DNA of 64,000 nt, from contig CAZJEO010000001.1 in NCBI GenBank assembly GCA_964545065.1, positions 128,663-192,662 of the forward strand. The letters run 5' to 3'. The notes beneath the pieces were generated by a model. That model did not search any database. It saw only the letters and a program-made list of their open reading frames with translations, and had not been told where the DNA came from. This DNA comes from Candidatus Woesearchaeota archaeon (lineage in GTDB: Archaea; Nanobdellota; Nanobdellia; Pacearchaeales; GW2011-AR1). Each line of letters opens with the position of its first letter. Positions within the stretch are counted from its first letter, which is position 1. Of the stretch, positions 56,039 to 64,000 are shown one piece after another. Position numbers and translations under genes: made by a program.

Positions 56039-58861
56039 ATGTCTACAATTGATGAACAAGAATTGGAAATTTTAGAATTTTGGAAAAAAAATAAGACTTT
56101 TGAGAAATCGCTCAAGAAAACTAAGAGTAAAAAGCCGTATGTTTTTTATGATGGTCCTCCTTTTGCTACTGGGCTTCCGCATTATGGCCATATTCTTGCT
56201 TCTGTTTTAAAAGACGCAATTCCCAGATTTTGGACAATGAATGGAAGATATGTAAAAAGGATTTGGGGATGGGACTGTCATGGATTGCCTATTGAAAATA
56301 TTGCTGAAGCTGAATTAGGAATTGTTTCAAAAGATGAAATTGAAAAAATGGGTGTTAAAAAATTCAATGATTTTTGTAGGAGCAAGGTTTTGACTTATGC
56401 TTCTGAATGGAAAAAAACAGTGGAAAGAATTGCGAGATGGACTGAATTTGATAATTCTTATAAAACAATGGATAACGATTATATTGAAAGCGTGTGGTGG
56501 GCATTTAAACAATTATATGATAAAGACTTGGTCTATGAAGGTGAAAAAATATTAATGTACTGTCCAAGATGTGAAACGCCGCTTTCTAAATCAGAAATTG
56601 CCATGGATAATTCATATAAAAATGTGAAAGATAATTCAATTACAGTTAAATTTAAACTAGTTGGAGAAGAAGTATATGCTTTGGCATGGACTACGACTCC
56701 GTGGACACTTCCAAGTAATTTGGCTTTGACTGTTAATCCCAAATTAAAATATCAATATGTGAAAGATAAATCTGATGGAACAATTTATATTCTTGCCAAG
56801 GATTTAGTTGGAAAATATTTCAAGGAAAAGAGCGAATATACTCTTGTAAAAGAAGTTTCTGGCAAAGACTTAGTTGGGAAAAAATATGAACCATTGTTTC
56901 CTTATTTTGAAGATATTAAAACCGCGTTTAAAATTGTTCCTGGAGATTTTGTGACGGCTGAAGATGGAACTGGAATAGTTCATACTGCTCCTGCTTTTGG
57001 GGAAGAAGATTATAATATTTCTAAAGAGCATGGAATTGGTTTGGTTCAACCGGTTGATGATCAGGGAAAATTTACAGAAGATATCGTTGATTTTGCTGGA
57101 GATTATGTTTTTGATGTAAATAATAAAATAATAGATTTTCTTAAAAAAGATGGGAAAATTGTCAAAGTAGAAAGTACTGAACATGAATATCCTTTTTGCT
57201 ATAGATGTGAAACGCCTTTAATGTATCGGGCTATTCCTTCTTTATTTGTAAATATTCAAAAAGTAAAATCTTTGCTTTTGAAATTAAATAAAAATATTAA
57301 TTGGTATCCTGAATTTTTAAAAGAAGGGCGGGTAAAGCATAATCTTGAATCTGCTCCTGATTGGAATATTTCTAGGAACAGGTATTGGGCTAGTGCTATT
57401 CCTATGTGGAAATGTGAATGTGGAGAAATCAAAGTTATTGGGAGTATTAAAGATTTAAAAAAAGCCTCTGTTAAATCTCTTAAGGGAAAAATTGATTTGC
57501 ATAAAGATTACTTGGATAATGTTCAACTGAAATGTAAGTGTGGTAAAAAAATGAATCGTGTTTCAGAAGTAATGGATTGCTGGTTTGAATCTGGTTCTAT
57601 GCCTTTTGCTCAGTATCATTATCCTTTTGAGAACAAGAAAGAATTCGAAAGAAATTTCCCTTCGCAATTTGTTGCCGAATATATTGGACAAACTCGTGCT
57701 TGGTTTTATTACATGAATGTCATGTCTGCAATTTTATTTGAGAAAATTCCTTTTGAAAATGTTCTAACTACTGGAACTATTCTTACAGAAAACGGGATGA
57801 AAATGTCAAAAAGTAAAAAGAATTTCCCAGATCCTTGGTTAATTTTTGAAAAATACGGTGTTGATGCATTGAGATTTTACTTATTGGCTTCTCCAGTAAT
57901 GAATGCTGATAATCTTAATTTTTTAGAAAAAGGTGTTGAAGAAATTTACAAAAAAGTTATTCTTCTTTTGAATAATGTTAATAATTTTTATTTGATATAC
58001 AAATCTAATGTTGCTGCTAGTGCTAATTCAAAAAATATTTTAGATAAATGGATTATTTCAAGATTAAATCATACAATTGAAGAAGTTACTCAAAATATGA
58101 GGAATTATAATACTGTAAAAACTTGTTCAGAGATAAGAAGTTTTATTGAAGATTTATCTACTTGGTATTTACGAAGGAGCAGAAATAGATTTAATGGGGG
58201 AAAAGATGCAGAAAAAACTTTGAAGTTTGTTTTGAATGAATTTTCTAAAATTATTGCTCCAATACTTCCATTTATTTCTGAAAAAATTTATCTGGCAATA
58301 AATTCAAAAGAATCTGTTCATTTACAAAATTGGCCAAAAGAAAATAAAAAAAGAATAAATAAAAAATTAGAAAAAGATATGGCTTTGACTAGGGAAATTG
58401 TATCTCTTGCATTAAAGGAAAGAGAAATTTCTAAAATCTCGTTAAAGCAACCCCTTGCAGAATTAAAAATTTCTGGGGCAGATTTATCCAAAGAGTATTT
58501 AGAATTAATTAAGGAAGAAGTTAATATTAAAAATGTTAAAATAAAAAAAGGAAAAGAAATTTCTGTTGAGCTCGACACAGCAATGACACCCGAACTTGAG
58601 GCTGAAGGTTATGCTCGAGAGTTGTCGAGGCAGATTCAGTCGTTTAGAAAAAATCTTGGTTTGCAAAAAAAAGATAGAGTTGAAACTTTTGTAATTGTCG
58701 ACGACGAATTCAAAAATATTCTTGAAAAGCAAAAAAAGTTTATTAAAGAAAGAACTAATTCTAAAAAACTTGGATTTGTTACAACTGGCAAGGAAAGATT
58801 TAAAAACAAAACCGACTTTAGAATTAAAGAGAAGAAAGGTTGTATAGCTATTGTAAAATAA
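56039..58861 (+). CDS. ileS: Isoleucine--tRNA ligase
   Basis: GLPHYGH, GWDCHGLP, WTTTPWTLP, ISRNRYW, KMSKS; start moved to ATG 56039. Confidence 0.96.
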   Translation: MSTIDEQELEILEFWKKNKTFEKSLKKTKSKKPYVFYDGPPFATGLPHYGHILASVLKDAIPRFWTMNGRYVKRIWGWDCHGLPIENIAEAELGIVSKDEIEKMGVKKFNDFCRSKVLTYASEWKKTVERIARWTEFDNSYKTMDNDYIESVWWAFKQLYDKDLVYEGEKILMYCPRCETPLSKSEIAMDNSYKNVKDNSITVKFKLVGEEVYALAWTTTPWTLPSNLALTVNPKLKYQYVKDKSDGTIYILAKDLVGKYFKEKSEYTLVKEVSGKDLVGKKYEPLFPYFEDIKTAFKIVPGDFVTAEDGTGIVHTAPAFGEEDYNISKEHGIGLVQPVDDQGKFTEDIVDFAGDYVFDVNNKIIDFLKKDGKIVKVESTEHEYPFCYRCETPLMYRAIPSLFVNIQKVKSLLLKLNKNINWYPEFLKEGRVKHNLESAPDWNISRNRYWASAIPMWKCECGEIKVIGSIKDLKKASVKSLKGKIDLHKDYLDNVQLKCKCGKKMNRVSEVMDCWFESGSMPFAQYHYPFENKKEFERNFPSQFVAEYIGQTRAWFYYMNVMSAILFEKIPFENVLTTGTILTENGMKMSKSKKNFPDPWLIFEKYGVDALRFYLLASPVMNADNLNFLEKGVEEIYKKVILLLNNVNNFYLIYKSNVAASANSKNILDKWIISRLNHTIEEVTQNMRNYNTVKTCSEIRSFIEDLSTWYLRRSRNRFNGGKDAEKTLKFVLNEFSKIIAPILPFISEKIYLAINSKESVHLQNWPKENKKRINKKLEKDMALTREIVSLALKEREISKISLKQPLAELKISGADLSKEYLELIKEEVNIKNVKIKKGKEISVELDTAMTPELEAEGYARELSRQIQSFRKNLGLQKKDRVETFVIVDDEFKNILEKQKKFIKERTNSKKLGFVTTGKERFKNKTDFRIKEKKGCIAIVK

Positions 58862-58980
58862 TCACTGGTGGGTGATTCAGAAGCCTTATGTTTTGTAAGA
58901 ACTTTTGAATTATAACAATCTTTAAAAAGAAAAAGGGGCAATAAGAAATAACATGATAAAATATTTCGGGGGGTTGATTA

Positions 58981-59787
58981 ATGATAGTCAAAGATGAATT
59001 TTTGAGTCGGTTGAGAAAGATTTTTGATTTGAATCTATATGAAGTGAAAGTTTGGGCTGCGTTGCTTTCTCGAGGGACTTCGACTGCAGGAGAGTTAAGT
59101 AATATTTCTGATGTTCCTAGAAGTCGAACTTATGATATTTTAGAAAGTTTAGAAAAGAAAGGATTTATTATTATGAAACTTGGTAAGCCAATAAAATTTG
59201 TTGCTCTGAAACCTGGAGAAGTTGTTGAGAGGGTTAAGAAAAATTTGGTAAGGTATGCGAATGAGAAAGTTGATAGGCTTGAGAAATTGAAGGATGATGA
59301 GGTGCTTGAAGAATTGAATAGTTTGTTTACAAAAGGTATTAAATTTGTGGAGCCGTCTGATTTATCTGGAAGTTTGAAAGGAAGACAGAATTTGTATAAT
59401 CATTTGGATATGATGGTTAGGGATGCAGAGAAAACAATTACGATTGTTACAACAAATGAGGGGCTTAATAGGAAGTTGGAAGCGTTGATGCCGAGTTTGG
59501 AAAAGTGCAAGAAGCGAGGAATAAAGGTGAGAATTGCTGCTCCGATTGATTCGAACAATATAAAAGTTGCTCGGGAATTGAAGAAAGTTGCAGAAGTAAA
59601 GAAACTAGAAAATATGAAAGCAAGGTTTATTATTATTGATTCTAACCAGGTTATGTTTATGCTTCTTGATGATGAGAAGTTTCATCCTAATTATGATATT
59701 GGTGTTTGGGTTAATACAGAATTCTTTGCTCAAGCATTAGAGCAGATGTTTGAACTTGTATGGAAAGACATGAAAGCTGTTAAATAA
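58981..59787 (+). CDS. TrmB family transcriptional regulator
   Basis: LNLYE.K.W.ALL, VPRSRTYDIL.SL.KKG, C-terminal PLD-like region. Confidence 0.88.
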   Translation: MIVKDEFLSRLRKIFDLNLYEVKVWAALLSRGTSTAGELSNISDVPRSRTYDILESLEKKGFIIMKLGKPIKFVALKPGEVVERVKKNLVRYANEKVDRLEKLKDDEVLEELNSLFTKGIKFVEPSDLSGSLKGRQNLYNHLDMMVRDAEKTITIVTTNEGLNRKLEALMPSLEKCKKRGIKVRIAAPIDSNNIKVARELKKVAEVKKLENMKARFIIIDSNQVMFMLLDDEKFHPNYDIGVWVNTEFFAQALEQMFELVWKDMKAVK

Positions 59788-59797
59788 AAGAGTATAG

Positions 59798-59998
59798 ATG
59801 GTAATAAAAAAAGTTAAAAAAAGGAGCCAAATTATATTTTATGGTATATAATCTCATTAGCAGTTACTTTATTATTTCATTATCTTGTTCTCTCTAGATT
59901 AGAATTGTATTCAACACTCCATGTGTTTTTCTCTTCCCTCTTTTTCACTGTTTTTAATGGGGGTTCTTATGAGCTTCGTTGATAAAGACAGTAAATAA
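59798..59998 (+). pseudogene. Possible frameshifted small membrane-protein gene
   Basis: Pieces in different frames join into a plausible two-TM protein (MVIKKVKKRSQIIFYGI / ISLAVTLLF...FFTV / LMGVLMSFVDKDSK). Confidence 0.3.
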
Positions 59999-60081
59999 AA
60001 GGGAATTTATTTGCAATTATACCTGTTAAGAATTTATTGAGAAAATAATTCTAAAATATAAAATAAAAAAATTAAGCAAAT

Positions 60082-60288
60082 TTATTGCTTAAGAATTGCC
60101 AAAACTGCGCTTAGTGCTGTTGTTACTACAACTATCCAACCAGCAATCTTTGCAACTATGTCACCACCAAGCCAAATAGGTAATGTTAATGTTCCTCCAA
60201 TCATAGCAAAACCTACTGCTAATGCTACGATAACTCCTGTTAACCAAGCAACAAAGTTCAGTACACCTTTTACGTTTTTTCCTACCAT
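60082..60288 (-). CDS. Small two-TM protein
   Basis: GGAGGT site upstream; WLTGVIV..VGF...GWIVV. Confidence 0.75.
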   Translation of the reverse strand: MVGKNVKGVLNFVAWLTGVIVALAVGFAMIGGTLTLPIWLGGDIVAKIAGWIVVVTTALSAVLAILKQ

Positions 60289-60364
60289 TTCTACCTCCTT
60301 TTTATTTAATTATCATTATACTAAATAAAAATAGTTTATAAGTTTTATTAAAAATAAAAAATAA

Positions 60365-60814
60365 TTATTTTTTCTTCTTAGTTGATTTCTTTGATGTAGG
60401 TTTTTTCCTTACAACTTTCTTTTTTACAGCAGGTTTTTTCTTTGCAACAGGTTTCCTCTTCACTGATTTTTTCTTGTTTCCAGGACCTGTTATTCCGGAA
60501 AGGGTTGCTCTAAAACCAATTGGTGCTTGTGCTGATGTAAGTCTTGCTGCTTTCTCTGCTAATACTCTTGCCCGTGCAATATTCCTTCTTATCTCTGTAT
60601 CTAATCTGTGAAGTTCGGCATTAGCTTTTCTCGTAGAGGACATTAAAGCTCTCTCTGAAATCTTACCAAAGAAAAATCTTTTACATTCACCAGTAAAATC
60701 ATCTAGAAGCCCTTGCTTTTCATCTTGTCGTGCTCGAATTGTTTCTCCTGCAACATTAAAATCTTTTAAAAGTTGTGCGAAAAAAGATTCATTCATCTTT
60801 TTTGATTGAGCCAT
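60365..60814 (-). CDS. Helical protein with Lys-rich repetitive tail
   Basis: GGAGG upstream; C-terminal KKP/KKK repeats. Confidence 0.7.
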   Translation of the reverse strand: MAQSKKMNESFFAQLLKDFNVAGETIRARQDEKQGLLDDFTGECKRFFFGKISERALMSSTRKANAELHRLDTEIRRNIARARVLAEKAARLTSAQAPIGFRATLSGITGPGNKKKSVKRKPVAKKKPAVKKKVVRKKPTSKKSTKKKK

Positions 60815-60874
60815 TTAAATTTCTTTTTAACCTCCTTTTAATTTGAAAGAAAAAAGGGTTTAAATAAATTTTGA

Positions 60875-62575
60875 TTACATCTTTTCGATTGCATCAATAC
60901 CAAGAAGTTGCAGAGAGTTTTTCAAGATCTGCCTGAATGCTTGAACCAATGCTAATCTGAATGCTTCTTGTTTTGAACCGATTACAGGACAAGCGTGATA
61001 GAATTCATTGAATATCTGAGCTAGTTGGTAAGAATAATTTGCAAGAACAGATGGAGCTAAATTTTTGTAAGAATTCATAACAATGTCGGGGAACTCTGCA
61101 AGTTTTTTTACTAATTCTAATTCTTTTGGTTCTAAATTATAGACTTTGAATTTGTCTTGGTTTTTTGTTTTTTTGAGAATGGAACTTGCTCTTGCATAAC
61201 TGTATTGGATGTATGGTCCGGTGTCTCCTTCGAAATTGATTGATTCTTTTGGATTAAAGACCATGTCTTTTTTTACATCTATTTTAAGAAGCATGTATTT
61301 TATAGCCGCTAATGCTATTTTCAAACTTCTTTTTTCTAACTCTGTTTTGGGCAATTTACTTCTTGAGTTTAATTCTTTTTTTACTAACTCTTGAGTCTCT
61401 TCAATAATATCATCTGCGTCAACGACATTCCCCTCACGTGATTTCATTTTTCCTTCAGGAAGATTTACCATCCCGTGAGAAAGATGTATGAGTTTATCTT
61501 TGGAGTGGCCTAACTTTTCTAAAATTGAAAATAATATTCTGAAATAATATTCTTGTTCATTTCCTACGACATAGATTGATTTATCTAGCCTGTAATTTTT
61601 AAATTTTAATTCTGCGAGTGCTATGTCTTGAGTTACATAAACAGAAGTTCCATCATTTCTCAACAGAACTTTTTCTCCTAATCCTTCGTCCTCTAAATTA
61701 ATAATTACTTTTCCTTCTTTTGTCTTTTGGAAGATCCCTTCTTTCACAGCATTTAAGATTGTTTTCTTTCCTCTTTTGTAAATTTTACTTTCATAATATT
61801 CTATATCAAATTTTATTCCTAATTTTTTGTAAGTTTCTTTAAAACCATTCAATGCCCAATTATTCATTAATCTCCATAACAAAAGAGTGTTTTGGTCTTT
61901 ATCTTCCCACTTCTTTAATAATTCCTGTGCTTCTTTTTCTAATTTTTTAGTTTTCTTTTTATTGAACATTGTGTAGAATTCTCCGACAAAATGATCTGAT
62001 TTGATTTTTTTATCTGTCGGTGTTTTTTCTCTTCCCCATTTTTGATATGCGAGCATTGATTTGCAAATATGGATGCCCCGATCATTATTTATATTTGCTC
62101 TGACAATTTTTTCCCCGTTAAATTCAGAGATTCTTGAAACTGATTCTCCAATTGAAATATTTCTCAAGTGTCCTAAGTGGAGGGGCTTATTTGTATTTGG
62201 TTGTGCAAACTCAACCATTGTGTGTTTTTTTGCACCCTCTTTACTCTTTCCGTATTTTTCCTTCTGCGTCAAAATTTCCCAGACTGTTTTTCTTGCAAGG
62301 TTTTTTCTGTTTAAGAAAAAATTAACATAGGGTCCAGAAGTTTGGATGTCGTTAAAATCCATTATAGGATGATTCCCGATATGAGATCTTATTTGTAAAG
62401 CGATTTGGTTTGGTGTTTGTTTGAGTTTATCTGCCAGGAAAAAACAAGGAAAAGCATAATCTCCCATTTCTTGGTTTGGCGGGACTTCTAATAGGTTGTT
62501 AATTTCTTCATCTTTTAATTCAATTTTCTCTTTTTTTAATGCTTTTTTGAGAACTTTTATGACTAGCTCTTTCAT
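60875..62575 (-). CDS. argS: Arginine--tRNA ligase
   Basis: PNTNKPLHLGHLRN, YVVGNEQ, KMKSREG, GPYIQYSYAR, FYH. Confidence 0.96.
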   Translation of the reverse strand: MKELVIKVLKKALKKEKIELKDEEINNLLEVPPNQEMGDYAFPCFFLADKLKQTPNQIALQIRSHIGNHPIMDFNDIQTSGPYVNFFLNRKNLARKTVWEILTQKEKYGKSKEGAKKHTMVEFAQPNTNKPLHLGHLRNISIGESVSRISEFNGEKIVRANINNDRGIHICKSMLAYQKWGREKTPTDKKIKSDHFVGEFYTMFNKKKTKKLEKEAQELLKKWEDKDQNTLLLWRLMNNWALNGFKETYKKLGIKFDIEYYESKIYKRGKKTILNAVKEGIFQKTKEGKVIINLEDEGLGEKVLLRNDGTSVYVTQDIALAELKFKNYRLDKSIYVVGNEQEYYFRILFSILEKLGHSKDKLIHLSHGMVNLPEGKMKSREGNVVDADDIIEETQELVKKELNSRSKLPKTELEKRSLKIALAAIKYMLLKIDVKKDMVFNPKESINFEGDTGPYIQYSYARASSILKKTKNQDKFKVYNLEPKELELVKKLAEFPDIVMNSYKNLAPSVLANYSYQLAQIFNEFYHACPVIGSKQEAFRLALVQAFRQILKNSLQLLGIDAIEKM

Positions 62576-62678
62576 AAAACCTATAGTTCATCTTCATTTT
62601 TATATGTTATGTAATTCGTAGCAAATAACACAAAAAATAGGACATAAAATTTATATAACCGATTTATCTAAGTACATC

Positions 62679-63575
62679 ATGAAATATGATGTTGTTATTA
62701 TTGGAGCAGGTCCGGCGGGATTGACTGCAGGACTTTATGCTGTAAGGAGTGGTTTGAAAACATGTGTTGTGTCAAAAGATATTGGAGGGACTGCGAATTC
62801 TATCTTGATGCTGGATAATTGGCCTGGTTTTAGTGGCAAGGGTGTAGATCTGATGAAACAGTTTTATGAACAGTTGAAAAAATATGATGTTGATTTTATT
62901 ATGGGGGATGTCAATAAAATTGAAAAAAAGGGTGAAGAATTTTCTGTGAATGTTGGAAAGCAAGAAATAGAAAGTAAGGTTATGATTTTAGCAACAGGAA
63001 CAGAAAGAAGAAAATTGAAAATTCCGGGCGAGGAGAAGTTTAAAGGAAAGGGTGTGAGTTATTGCGTGACGTGTGATGCTTTCTTTTTTAAGGATAAAAT
63101 AGTCGCGGTTATTGGGGGGAGTGACTGTGCTGCGACATCTGCTTTAGCTCTGACAGACTTGGCTAAAAAAGTGTATGTTATTTACAGAGGGGAAAAACTG
63201 CGATGTGAAGATATTAATTCAAAAAGATTAGAAAAGAAAAAAAATGTGGAAATAATTTATAACTCAATCCCACGAGAAATTAAAGGTGGCACAAAAGTTG
63301 AGAGTTTTATTTTAGAAGATGGGAAGGAAATCTCAGTTGATGGGATATTTATTGAGATAGGTTCTGTGGCGTTAACAAAAATTTTCAATAATTTGGGTTT
63401 AAAACTTGACAAAGAAAAATATATTGTTGTCGACGAGAAAATGGCAACATCTGTTGAAGGAATTTTTGCAGCAGGAGATGTGACAAATTTCAAACTAAAC
63501 CAAATTGTTGTTGCTGCAAGCCAGGGTGCGATTGCTGCGAAGAGTGCTTATGAACAGATTAAGGAGAGAAAATAA
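62679..63575 (+). CDS. trxB: Thioredoxin reductase-like flavoprotein
   Basis: GAGPAG, GVSYCVTCD, GIFAAGD. Confidence 0.9.
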   Translation: MKYDVVIIGAGPAGLTAGLYAVRSGLKTCVVSKDIGGTANSILMLDNWPGFSGKGVDLMKQFYEQLKKYDVDFIMGDVNKIEKKGEEFSVNVGKQEIESKVMILATGTERRKLKIPGEEKFKGKGVSYCVTCDAFFFKDKIVAVIGGSDCAATSALALTDLAKKVYVIYRGEKLRCEDINSKRLEKKKNVEIIYNSIPREIKGGTKVESFILEDGKEISVDGIFIEIGSVALTKIFNNLGLKLDKEKYIVVDEKMATSVEGIFAAGDVTNFKLNQIVVAASQGAIAAKSAYEQIKERK

Positions 63576-64000
63576 ATGTCTGTATTTGATAATATTGAAA
63601 AAAATTTAAAAAAAGTACCAAATCTGACAGATGCAGAAAAAAAAATATTATTAAATTATAAAGCTATTAACAAAGCAGAACTAAGTGTTAATGGAAAAGC
63701 ATATGAAGCATTTAGAATTATTCATAATAATTCTCTCGGGCCAGGAAAAGGAGGCATAAGATTTCATCCTGATGTTTCAGAAGATGAAGTTAAATCATTG
63801 GCTTTTTGGATGAGTTTAAAAAATTCTTTGGTGGATTTGCCTTTTGGCGGTGCTAAGGGGGGTGTGAAAATCAATCCAAAAGAATTAGGCAACCAAGATA
63901 TTGAAAAAGTGAGCAGAGCTTACATACAAGCTTTCCATGAATGGCTTGGGGAGAACAAAGATATTCCTGCTCCAGATGTTTATACCAATGCACAAGTGAT
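63576..64000 (+). CDS. gdhA: Glu/Leu/Phe/Val dehydrogenase, 3' partial (absent from ORF track)
   Basis: GPGKGGIRFHP, MSLK, LPFGGAKGG, DIPAPD. Confidence 0.9.
   Translation, partial: MSVFDNIEKNLKKVPNLTDAEKKILLNYKAINKAELSVNGKAYEAFRIIHNNSLGPGKGGIRFHPDVSEDEVKSLAFWMSLKNSLVDLPFGGAKGGVKINPKELGNQDIEKVSRAYIQAFHEWLGENKDIPAPDVYTNAQV

Noticed and set aside
1..64000. CRISPR array, rRNA gene, transposase, integrase or intein
   Set aside because: No regularly spaced repeat-spacer array, no long GC-rich rRNA-like region, and no ORF with recognisable transposase, recombinase or intein motifs.

Overview
AT-rich archaeal chromosome segment, most likely a DPANN archaeon of Pacearchaeota type (inferred from the fused RpoA'/A'', single RpoB, aEF-2/aEF-1alpha, Dph5, DnaG and TATA-proximal starts). 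In order: a copper/heavy-metal cluster (cupredoxin, ferredoxin, CcdA, ArsR, metal-binding mini-proteins, CopA); an accessory block (AAA_21 ATPase + RloB, RecQ, a signal-peptide HU-like mosaic protein, methyltransferase); a nucleotide block (nrdR with two NrdR boxes, split nrdD, nrdG, a four-domain thymidylate synthase/dCMP deaminase fusion, a divergent class II RNR fused to CYTH); the rpoH-rpoB-rpoA-nusA-rps12-rps7-fusA...tuf cluster; dnaG, pcm, an SMC with a central CxxC, rnhB, three tRNAs, ileS, argS, trxB and a partial gdh. Best candidates for something new: (1) a 27-nt insertion family (TCCCAAGGGATGAC-N8-9-GCCT) found in-frame in CopA (one copy nested in another), in broken tRNA duplicates and in a structured RNA, with a related subfamily in-frame in NusA and empty/filled site pairs visible in this window; (2) a probably secreted tandem-HU protein carrying short peptides that resemble unrelated conserved proteins; (3) a ~185-nt RNase P-like structured element; (4) single genes bracketed by diverged duplicates of promoters, gene ends or tRNA ends. 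All calls come from reading the sequence; no searches were run.
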